DNA of 17,640 bases from Candidatus Heimdallarchaeota archaeon (lineage in GTDB: Archaea > Asgardarchaeota > Heimdallarchaeia > Hodarchaeales > Hodarchaeaceae), in NCBI GenBank assembly GCA_048881705.1, contig JBHLSH010000079.1, positions 1-17,640 on the forward strand. Reading direction: 5' to 3'. The number at the start of each line of letters is the position of its first letter. The stretch's first letter is position 1. A program made the position numbers and the translations under genes. Positions 1-8,148 of the stretch are shown here, piece after piece. The notes under the pieces are model-generated. The model was not told where the DNA came from, did no database searches, and saw only the letters and a program-made list of their open reading frames with translations.

Positions 1-227
1 TTTGTTACCAACATCTCCAAATGCGGCGCCAGCAGCTCCTCATCAATGATGACTGTATCTCGAGTAATATCATAGCCAAGGTAGTATCCTTCATCGAGTA
101 CAATAGTATTGATTTCTACAAAGGGGAGATTTAGGAGCTGGGTAAGTCTTTCTGCTACCGTGGTTTTTCCTGTACCAGTGACACCAGTTATATACACTCG
201 TAATGGGGCCGAGATTCGAAATTCCAC
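1..227 (-). CDS. Partial adenylate kinase-like NMP kinase, AK6/Fap7/hCINAP type (runs off the window's left edge)
   Basis: Manual translation of the minus strand from GTG at 227 gives MEFRISAPLRVYITGVTGTGKTTVAERLTQLLNLPFVEINTIVLDEGYYLGYDITRDTVIIDEELL. It has a P-loop (GxxGxGKTT) and an AK6-like RDTxIID segment. Not in the supplied ORF track. An alternative TTG start lies at 242. Confidence 0.75.
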   Translation of the reverse strand, partial: MEFRISAPLRVYITGVTGTGKTTVAERLTQLLNLPFVEINTIVLDEGYYLGYDITRDTVIIDEELLAPHLEMLVT

Positions 228-334
228 CGTTTCGTTATTCAAGGTAGGCCTGTAAAAATCCTTTAACTTTAAATTTTTCTTTGAAATTGGGGGCATAGGA
301 TAATTCCAAAACGAAGATTGCAGTTAGAAGACAT

Positions 335-2830
335 ATGGTCGCCATAGTATCCATTTTCGCAGAAAAACCATCAATCGCGCGCGCATTGGTCCGTGGTTTT
401 TCAATTGTATATAAATTAAAGTTCAAGGGGACAAAAGGCAAGACTAAGTACAATTATGTATATAAAGCACCTATTTCCAACGGACAAATAATTTTTAAGA
501 TTGGAAGCGACGAATACCGCCTTTCCGAGGACGATCAACTTACCATCACCAGTGTCACGGGCCATGTCCTTCAATATGAATACCCCCCGCCATATGACAA
601 GGAAAGTAATTGGCATAATTCAGACCCACTTGATCTAGTGGAGTTAGAACCAATCGAAATCCCCATTCGGGAATCGATGGTCACCCATGTCCAAGAAGTA
701 GGGCGGTATTCTGATGTCATTATAATTGCAACCGATTGGGATGGCCACGGGGAATCAATAGGTCGACAGGTCGTAGATATCGTCACGGGGATAAATAAAA
801 GAATCAAACATGGTCGTATGCAGTTCACTAGTACTGGTCCAATGGCCCTTAAGCGGGCCTTTGAAAATCAAGGTACGCTGGACTGGGATTGGGTAAGACA
901 GGTTGATTCTCTTCGAAAGCAGGATCTTCGCATGGGTTCATCACTCACTCGTTTCCTTACGGTTGGGGTCCAGAATCAAGGCATTCATAATACTCTGGTT
1001 TCATATGGACCTTGTCAAACATCAGTATTATGGTTGATCACACATCGGTATTTAGAAAACAAAGAGTTTAACCCTCAAACATTCTGGCGATTAACTCTTA
1101 AGCTCCAGCTCTCTGACAAGGATTCATTGTTTCTGGATTGGAAGGGTAATCCTTCATACGATGAAAAGGAAATAGATTCCCTTCTATCGGAACTCGGGCA
1201 AGTGCAGCAATGTCTAGTTACGGATTACAACGAGGAAATCTCGCTTATAAAACGTCCGGTCCCCTTAGATACAGACACTCTCGAGTCTCAATGTGCACAG
1301 TTCCTTAAAATCAGCCCGAAAAGAGTTGCGGACATTGCAGAGAGGCTCTATAATAATGGATTTATTACCTACCCTAGAACTGAGAGTTCATATTACCTTC
1401 AAAAAGACTTAACCCCGCTTGCTAATAAGTTTGTTGACCATCCGGAATTTGGTAAGGTTGCCCAAGAGGCCATTGCCATTGGTGGAACCACAAATGCAAG
1501 TAAAGGGCGATTCACAAAGGACCATGAACCAATTCGGCCTGTTAAGGCAGTTACACGCAGTGAAATTGCAAAATCCTTTTCCAAAACCCCCAGTATGATC
1601 AATCATGCATGGGCTATCTATGTGTACGTTGTTTGGCGTTTTTTGGCTACCGTCCATATGGATGCCAAGGTAACCAATCAATACCTCCTCGTAACGGCGG
1701 CTTCGGAAGAATTCATTGCAAAAGGCCAAAAATTATTGGAGCCTGGGTTCTTAAAGTTCTATAAATACAAAACTATCTCCATCCAAGGACTTCCACAATT
1801 ACAGAAAGGGACTAATTTTCCCTTTGAGACCTTTAAGCACCATGGATTTACCGCACCTCCCCAATTATGGAGTGAGGCCCGTCTTATTACGAAAATGGCG
1901 TCATTAAACCTAGGAACCGATGCCACTCGGTCATCACATATAGACACTGTACAAAAACGGCAATATACTGTTGTACAGGGTCCCCAGCGAAGCTTGGTTC
2001 CAACATCGCTCGGACTAGCACTCTATCAGATTTTAACTCAAAATGCAGGGGAATTAATCCTCCCCGAAATCCGTGGTCGAGTTGAAACCTGGACACAACA
2101 AATTCGAACCCATGAAAAAACTCCCGAAGATGTTGACAAGCTGGTTATGGGCGTTACAACTCGTGGTATGCAACAATTGAAAGCGAATCAAGAAGAAATC
2201 TTCCCCACACTAGCAAGAAGCATTGAATCAATGACTGGGATCGGAAAACATCTAGGAATATGCCCTGAATGTCAAGGGAGCCTGGTTTTACACCAAGGAA
2301 AGGCAGGAACTCGATTCCTACGGTGTTCCAACCCATTATGTGAGACTAGCCTTCCTCTTCCCAAAAAAGGAACCCTTGAAACTATTACAGATGAACTCTG
2401 CCGAATCTGTAATGGGATCCCACTCCTTGTCTCCACGAGATATCATAAATGGATCTTATGTCCATATTGTTGGTCTACCAAAGGAACAGAAGATAAACCC
2501 TGGTTTTGTAGTGAATGTGATCGTATTGATTGTCCTATCTCAGGATCCTGGGAATTTACTCCCCCCGAACAATATCTTGGCGATTGCCCGCATTGCGGTC
2601 ATGAGGTGCAGGTCCGGATTGAACAAGATTCATCTCCAGTAACCCAAGTCATGTGTAGTAATTGTAAACATACCTGGAAGGCGCCTCATCCTCGTAAAGG
2701 AACCAATCTTTCTGTCGGAGCACCTTGTACAAGATGTGGCCGGCAGACATTGTCTATTTTCAAACGAGGAAAAAAGCCGTATCGATTATGCGTGTTTTGT
2801 TCCATCTTCTTCTTTGAAACAGATGACTGA
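335..2830 (+). CDS. top3: Type IA DNA topoisomerase (topoisomerase III, eukaryotic TOP3B-like) with Cys-rich Zn-finger C-terminal domain
   Basis: Toprim AEKPS (E10), TSVTGH, IATDWDGHGE, SYGPCQT, active-site GFITY346PRTE, LGTDAT, and 19 Cys in CxxC-type motifs from residue 643 to about 822. Confidence 0.95.
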   Translation: MVAIVSIFAEKPSIARALVRGFSIVYKLKFKGTKGKTKYNYVYKAPISNGQIIFKIGSDEYRLSEDDQLTITSVTGHVLQYEYPPPYDKESNWHNSDPLDLVELEPIEIPIRESMVTHVQEVGRYSDVIIIATDWDGHGESIGRQVVDIVTGINKRIKHGRMQFTSTGPMALKRAFENQGTLDWDWVRQVDSLRKQDLRMGSSLTRFLTVGVQNQGIHNTLVSYGPCQTSVLWLITHRYLENKEFNPQTFWRLTLKLQLSDKDSLFLDWKGNPSYDEKEIDSLLSELGQVQQCLVTDYNEEISLIKRPVPLDTDTLESQCAQFLKISPKRVADIAERLYNNGFITYPRTESSYYLQKDLTPLANKFVDHPEFGKVAQEAIAIGGTTNASKGRFTKDHEPIRPVKAVTRSEIAKSFSKTPSMINHAWAIYVYVVWRFLATVHMDAKVTNQYLLVTAASEEFIAKGQKLLEPGFLKFYKYKTISIQGLPQLQKGTNFPFETFKHHGFTAPPQLWSEARLITKMASLNLGTDATRSSHIDTVQKRQYTVVQGPQRSLVPTSLGLALYQILTQNAGELILPEIRGRVETWTQQIRTHEKTPEDVDKLVMGVTTRGMQQLKANQEEIFPTLARSIESMTGIGKHLGICPECQGSLVLHQGKAGTRFLRCSNPLCETSLPLPKKGTLETITDELCRICNGIPLLVSTRYHKWILCPYCWSTKGTEDKPWFCSECDRIDCPISGSWEFTPPEQYLGDCPHCGHEVQVRIEQDSSPVTQVMCSNCKHTWKAPHPRKGTNLSVGAPCTRCGRQTLSIFKRGKKPYRLCVFCSIFFFETDD

Positions 2831-2843
2831 GGCTACTTTGTCC

Positions 2844-2850
2844 TTTTTTT
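2844..2850 (+). terminator. Probable oligo-T terminator of top3
   Basis: T7 tract 13 nt after the TGA stop. Confidence 0.4.
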
Positions 2851-2963
2851 CTATACCCAATAACTTATTAGTTTTCATCTCAGGAATTTTTGATATAAAC
2901 CCCCTGTCCTCATTGTTGAAGAATAATCCCGAAATAGGCAAATAGAACTTGGTTGATGAGTAG

Positions 2964-5321
2964 ATGAGTTCTGATGATGTTTTTGGGCGTGACCCCGCTC
3001 CTAGTTCAATACGATACCTTATTTTACTCAGCGCCTTTACCAGTCTGTTAACTGCCGTTTCATTTATACCTTCAATGGTGGGGACGAATTCTCAAGAAAC
3101 TAACTTCTTCCAAACCGCAATTCCTGGATTTTTATTCTTTTCAGTTATCTCTATTCCAGAATGGTTTTTTTTACGCCGCTCTCGTAAGATGTTAGGACCG
3201 TATGGGCTTGCTTTTGCCGTGGAGATTGTGAGAAGTATAGCTCTGCAGATAGCTGGGTTCTATTATGTTCAACAAGTCGAGACTGCCTCATCCACAGCAT
3301 TTTCGCTTCTCCAAGTCACCTCCTTACTTACTCTCGCCCTGTTGGTTGGAACTAAGGTCGCCCGTTCCAGATTAGAGGAACTTGCTGAACGGGATGTCAC
3401 CCGAAATATATTGAATCTTCTCCCCACCATCCTCGTATTACTCCTGTTTTTAGGCACATATCTCACAGAGATCGCTGGATTAAACACCCCTCGGCAGCAG
3501 AACCTATTTCCTGATTATACGGATAAAGAAATCGATTGGTCTATGTTCAACACGCCAACATGGGACGCTACCTACTTATTAGAAAACCTTCTCGACCAAT
3601 TCACAGCGGGTTTAAGTGCCCCAGATACCATACTCTTCAATGTTACCAGTGATCAAGCAGACCCACAAGGTCCTACCACTTATTGGCGGCTTGGAACTCT
3701 GGAGGCATATGAATATACCAATAAGCCTCCATATTCGACAGATTGGAACCCCACTCAGAAAGTCAAACGGATTTTGTCTACGGGAGCCCCTAGTTCAAGT
3801 GCTTATTCGCAACTTGTGGATCCTGCTGATAGAACTGCGAAATTCACTGTCCTTCTCCCACTTGACCATAATTCATCCCTTGGAGATGTCACCGTCAATC
3901 CAAATTATCAAAATTATCTGCCTACCACATGGAATGGGCAAAAGGGTTCATACATTGACTCTAATTCATTTCGTTTTTTTGATAGCATTGGAAATTCGCT
4001 GAGTGCGACCACCAAGAATGCACGGGAAGTATTCCCGCTCTCCCATTCCGATGATTTGCTTGGAGTCGACGCCAATCTTTTGCTTGATACTACATCCAAT
4101 GAAACGGGGCTTTTTACTTATGATATTGACTACGAGAAGGTCGACGTTCAATCGGCTGCTGCATTCTCCTTGACCAGATCTGAGAATGACTATTTGCAGG
4201 CTTTAGGTAGTGATGCGGCCACGTGGAGTGCCATCAAAACTCTGTATCTTCAACTCCCGAATGAAACAGGCACTTTACCGACTCAGATGACAAATCTCCC
4301 TTATATCAGTTCGGCATCTCAGCGATATCAGGATTGGGCTCCTAAAGTATACGAAAATGCCACCAATCTGAACGATTCAGGGCTTTCGGTTTTCGGACAA
4401 GCCTACAAAAACATGCTGAGCTTCGAAAACTTTACTTTTGATGTGAATATGTGGTTGGGAAGACAAATCGGTTTCGCTCCTGGAGTGGCAAACGCACATC
4501 CCGCCCAATACGAGGATTTCAATGAATGGTTTTTCCGTCGGCCTCACGATGGTACTGAAGGTGGAGTTTCTATTCACTTCGCTGGATCATACGCCATCAT
4601 TAATCGGCTGCAAGGGATTCCTACCAGAATGGTTATCGGGTATTTGGGAGGGAACGATTCCATTGATTATTATCCTTACCGTGCCGTCTCGGCGCGTTTT
4701 CTCCATGCCTGGGCCGAAGTGCTAATTCCCATGCTAGATCCCATCAATGGGTATCGAGCGGAATGGGTAAGTTTTGACCCTTTGTTGTCCTATCTAGCAA
4801 GTCAATATGGATTGACTCCCCCTACTGATATCGTGCCAACTTCCTCGGTAGGCCAGTCGATTACTATCCGATCCGATTATGATTTGGAAAATCAGGGGCT
4901 TTTCCAGGCAGGTCTCGACCACCAAGACATGAAAACCAACGGTAGTGGGGACTTCATTTTTGGACGAGTGATCACAAATTACACAGCGAGTAACAGTTTA
5001 GCTACCCCCTACACTCTTGCCAATGGTGTCGGGGTCAACGTGTCTGTCAGGCTTATTGCGACTCCCTCTGCTGTAATGTGGATACCTCTACAGGGAGCAA
5101 ACTTTAGTTTTTATGCTGGCATTTCAGGAGAAAATAGTAGTGGTATATGGTTAGGGAACAGTTCGACAGACAGCCGCGGCGTGGCCACTCTTCTGTTCAC
5201 AGTCGATATCACACAGCTAGGAATACGGACAATCTATTTTTATGTTGAGGTTAACCTAGGAGCTTCTGGCGGCGTCCGAAAAGCTGCCATCTCCTGGCCT
5301 TATGTCACGTCATTCTTCTAA
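2964..5321 (+). CDS. Membrane-anchored transglutaminase-like (TgpA/DUF3488-type) extracellular glycoprotein with Ser at the catalytic Cys position
   Basis: About 5 N-terminal hydrophobic helices; YWRLGTLEAY motif; core GVSIHFA...RLQGIPTRMVIGYLGG...HAWAEV...WVSFDP; 14 N-x-S/T sequons, all after the TM region; beta-rich C-terminus. Confidence 0.85.
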   Translation: MSSDDVFGRDPAPSSIRYLILLSAFTSLLTAVSFIPSMVGTNSQETNFFQTAIPGFLFFSVISIPEWFFLRRSRKMLGPYGLAFAVEIVRSIALQIAGFYYVQQVETASSTAFSLLQVTSLLTLALLVGTKVARSRLEELAERDVTRNILNLLPTILVLLLFLGTYLTEIAGLNTPRQQNLFPDYTDKEIDWSMFNTPTWDATYLLENLLDQFTAGLSAPDTILFNVTSDQADPQGPTTYWRLGTLEAYEYTNKPPYSTDWNPTQKVKRILSTGAPSSSAYSQLVDPADRTAKFTVLLPLDHNSSLGDVTVNPNYQNYLPTTWNGQKGSYIDSNSFRFFDSIGNSLSATTKNAREVFPLSHSDDLLGVDANLLLDTTSNETGLFTYDIDYEKVDVQSAAAFSLTRSENDYLQALGSDAATWSAIKTLYLQLPNETGTLPTQMTNLPYISSASQRYQDWAPKVYENATNLNDSGLSVFGQAYKNMLSFENFTFDVNMWLGRQIGFAPGVANAHPAQYEDFNEWFFRRPHDGTEGGVSIHFAGSYAIINRLQGIPTRMVIGYLGGNDSIDYYPYRAVSARFLHAWAEVLIPMLDPINGYRAEWVSFDPLLSYLASQYGLTPPTDIVPTSSVGQSITIRSDYDLENQGLFQAGLDHQDMKTNGSGDFIFGRVITNYTASNSLATPYTLANGVGVNVSVRLIATPSAVMWIPLQGANFSFYAGISGENSSGIWLGNSSTDSRGVATLLFTVDITQLGIRTIYFYVEVNLGASGGVRKAAISWPYVTSFF

Positions 5322-5628
5322 TAACGTCCGGGTTCCCCACAAAAAAGTGCTCTATAATCAAAATCGATCAGATAATTTAGATATCCTCGTACTTCCTCTT
5401 TGTAGCAAATTCTACTCAGTACCTTTAAACTGGGGCAAAAAAACCCAAAGGAGAGAGAGACTTCCAGTTTTGCGAAGAAAGTATTTAATAACTCAGCTTG
5501 AAGACACATCAAAAGATAAAAAAAAAAGCTAAATCTCGGGCTGGTTGTCCCTTAATTCAACCAATACTCAAGTCTATGAAGAAAGATCAAGAGAAGCAAA
5601 CTAGAGAAATTCGGAGAATGATTTGGAA

Positions 5629-5973
5629 ATGTCTAAAGATAAGATTTATGGTTATGGCATATTTTTTGTAACGTTAATACTAATGATCCTCTATGTCATC
5701 TATCTGCCAGTACAATATTATTTTACCAATATAGGAGGTCCTTTTCTGGGATTTGATCTTACCCAATTTTTTACGGACTTCCCACTCAAGATAGGGTGGC
5801 AGGATGCTGTTATTTGGCCCGTATTTCTAGCTACAATGATGATTGGCTTTATTATCGCCTGGATTGGATACACTATGGCCACAACTCCTCCTCCAGAACC
5901 CATTGATCTTGATGATCTTAATTTGGATGAAGAAATCGAAGAAGAAGCCGAAGACGAAGACAACGACGATTAA
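5629..5973 (+). CDS. Small 2-TM membrane protein with acidic tail, DPM2-like
   Basis: Two hydrophobic helices (DKIYGYGIFFVTLILMILY and AVIWPVFLATMMIGFIIAWIGYTM), then TTPPPEP and a D/E-rich tail. ATG at 5629; the ORF track uses TTG at 5623. Confidence 0.7.
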   Translation: MSKDKIYGYGIFFVTLILMILYVIYLPVQYYFTNIGGPFLGFDLTQFFTDFPLKIGWQDAVIWPVFLATMMIGFIIAWIGYTMATTPPPEPIDLDDLNLDEEIEEEAEDEDNDD

Positions 5974-6060
5974 GAAATCAAACCACCTAATTCGCTTCCC
6001 TTTTTCTTAGTTTATTTGAGGTGAGAGGGGAAGAAAAAAGGATTCTTGACCGTACCCCGT

Positions 6061-7086
6061 TCATGTCATATCTGGTGGGAGCCCCAAGAGGTTGTCTAAG
6101 AAATCGGGGAAGTAAATCGCGATCCCAAACAATGCCACAATAATCAATCCGGTAAAAAAGATCTGTTTATCAAAGAAGAGCCGCTCAGCCTTTCTGCCAA
6201 CCACATTATTGCTAGAAACTAAGAATAGGAAACGGAAAATTCCGAGAGAAAACAGCGGTAATGCTGCGACAAGAAACACGGTCTCGTTCGCATGACGTTC
6301 CACGAGATAAATGAATACTGCTAACAATTCAATTGCGGTTATTGTGGCTAAACTTTGATTTAGGAGCTCGGGGGTATATAATTTGAATACCTCTTTATGT
6401 TGCCGTGCGGATTCTCCCAATACAGCCAAATCGCCCTTACGTTTAGCTAATGATAACAACATGGCGGTGATGAAACAAAGAATAATCAACCATGGCGAAA
6501 CCGAAACCGATATCAGTACGGCTCCCGCCATGGCTCGCCAGACATAATTCACGGACAGCGTTATAACATCGGCAAAGACAATCTCTTTTAAACGCAAATT
6601 ATAAAGTTGACTGGTAATGAATAAAGCGCCCAATACTAGAAGAAAGGCGATTTTTGATTCTAAGACAATAGATGCTTCCTGATTTGGTGTTGTAGGTAAT
6701 AAAAGAATTTCTTCGGTAGTTTGAGGGATAAGAATTAGGACTCCACTTAAAACAATTAAAAGGATGACTCCAATGGTTAATCCCTGAAGTGGACTTATTT
6801 TTCCTGAGGGAAAAGGACGTTTGGCCTTTTCAGGGTGATACCGATCCTTTTCTCTATCCCGAAAGTCATTGACTAGATAGCCAAGGCTGGAAACAAGGCA
6901 CAACGCTAGAAAGGCAAGTCCGATAGGAATCCAGAGGTCAGCACGAAACAGATTTCCAGAGAAAAATATCCCAAAAAAAGCTAGGACGTTCTTATAATAT
7001 TGATGCGGTCGAAGTAAAATCACGATCGCACGCAGACGTTCCGGCAGGGAGAGAGTTTCTTTGTAAGAGGAGGTATTAGTAGCCAT
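6061..7086 (-). CDS. UbiA prenyltransferase family protein, decaprenyl-phosphate phosphoribosyltransferase (DPPR synthase)-like
   Basis: LRPHQYYKN, YLVNDFRDREKDRYHPEKAKRPFPSG (NDxxDxxxD...HPxKxxRP) and LAKRKGDL motifs, with multiple TM helices. Confidence 0.85.
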   Translation of the reverse strand: MATNTSSYKETLSLPERLRAIVILLRPHQYYKNVLAFFGIFFSGNLFRADLWIPIGLAFLALCLVSSLGYLVNDFRDREKDRYHPEKAKRPFPSGKISPLQGLTIGVILLIVLSGVLILIPQTTEEILLLPTTPNQEASIVLESKIAFLLVLGALFITSQLYNLRLKEIVFADVITLSVNYVWRAMAGAVLISVSVSPWLIILCFITAMLLSLAKRKGDLAVLGESARQHKEVFKLYTPELLNQSLATITAIELLAVFIYLVERHANETVFLVAALPLFSLGIFRFLFLVSSNNVVGRKAERLFFDKQIFFTGLIIVALFGIAIYFPDFLDNLLGLPPDMT

Positions 7087-7117
7087 GGAATTATCACTAT
7101 CCTGAAGAATGATGATT

Positions 7118-7486
7118 TTAGACGTATTGCATTATTTCAAATAGAACCATTCCTGGATCTAGGTCATCACCAATTGCAGCAAGAACATTTTCTTTATCTA
7201 GCGCGAGTACTACCAGATAACGATTAATCCGTCCTTCCTTTGCCACAAATCCTCGTTGATTCAAGATTACCATTTCATAAATTTCGTGAACATCCTTGTG
7301 GGCTAGACGGATAGGCATTGCTAGATTTGACTGCAAAACAACACGAAAATTTGATTTCAGAAGTGCGCTGGCAATCTCCTCATCCCCGCTCTGATCTACC
7401 ATGCCATCTGCTAGATGGAGGATTACCGTCAACTGGAGGGCTTTTTGAATTCGTGTGAGAGGGAACCGCGATTTTTCGACTGGCAT
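7118..7486 (-). CDS. Probable Roadblock/LC7 (MglB-like) domain protein, 122 aa
   Basis: From ATG 7486 (MPVEKSRF): strand-turn VILHLADGMV, helix EEIASALLKS, and C-terminal YLVVLALDKENVLAAIGDDLDPGMVLFEI match the roadblock pattern as recalled. The ORF-track extension to 7654 is judged non-coding. Confidence 0.5.
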   Translation of the reverse strand: MPVEKSRFPLTRIQKALQLTVILHLADGMVDQSGDEEIASALLKSNFRVVLQSNLAMPIRLAHKDVHEIYEMVILNQRGFVAKEGRINRYLVVLALDKENVLAAIGDDLDPGMVLFEIMQYV

Positions 7487-7653
7487 TGTTCTCTCGAGGA
7501 GGTTTGTTCTACCCTTAAATGAAAGATGAGTACTCAGCCAAAGAAAGAAAAGGATAAGTAAATTACGCCAAAAGTGATAAAAGGGGCGTGTTCTAGCGCC
7601 TAGTGTCCAAAAACCCAGTAAAAACCTCCTTGAAATCGGAATAAGGATCAACA

Positions 7654-8148
7654 ATGACCCTCAAGACCTGTTCACAAAGTTTAGGTAAGTTAATTCCACT
7701 AATCATCCTTGCTAGCTTGGTGCTAAATCCTTATCCCGCCCTGATTACATCTGGAAACCTAGAAGTGCAAGATCCCCCTCATTCTCTCTATGGTGACAAG
7801 TTTAATATAATCAAATTACCACTAGTGATTGGGCAAGAAAATACCACCGATACAACAAACACTACAACTCCCACAACCACATCTACGACTGGAGATACCA
7901 ATACCACAACAGTCGCAGGTAGACCGGGGCCATGGAATCCTATCCTTGACCCTGGTCTGTATTTTCCGCTAGCCCTCGTGTTTAGCATCTTGGGGATATT
8001 TTCTGCAATCTGGTTAATCTTTTTTGTTGAAACAAGTCAAGATCGGACGATTAGAGAACGGTTAATCGGCAGTACCATCCGATTGGTGACTATGAGTATT
8101 TTGCTCGGGCTTGCTATCCATTTTTGGCTGTTGTTCGAACCCATTTGA
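7654..8148 (+). CDS. Hypothetical membrane protein: signal/TM helix, Thr-rich linker, two C-terminal TM helices
   Basis: Hydrophobic N-terminus, then ENTTDTTNTTTPTTTSTTGDTNTTT with three NTT sequons, then two hydrophobic helices. Confidence 0.7.
   Translation: MTLKTCSQSLGKLIPLIILASLVLNPYPALITSGNLEVQDPPHSLYGDKFNIIKLPLVIGQENTTDTTNTTTPTTTSTTGDTNTTTVAGRPGPWNPILDPGLYFPLALVFSILGIFSAIWLIFFVETSQDRTIRERLIGSTIRLVTMSILLGLAIHFWLLFEPI

Noticed and set aside
335-2830. Reverse gyrase or intein-containing topoisomerase
   Set aside because: No helicase domain and no intein-sized insertion or splicing motifs; the core length is normal.
5302-5622. Small ORFs (5302..5532 +, 5318..5512 -, and a roughly 57-codon TTG ORF from 5498) and a possible frameshift at the A10 run (5518-5527)
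   Set aside because: No recognisable motifs, they overlap neighbouring genes, and joining frames across the A run gives nothing recognisable. Treated as intergenic.
7487-7654. 56-aa N-terminal extension of the 7118..7654 ORF
   Set aside because: It covers the AT-rich divergent promoter region up to the next gene's start and has no domain-like character. ATG 7486 gives a domain-sized protein.
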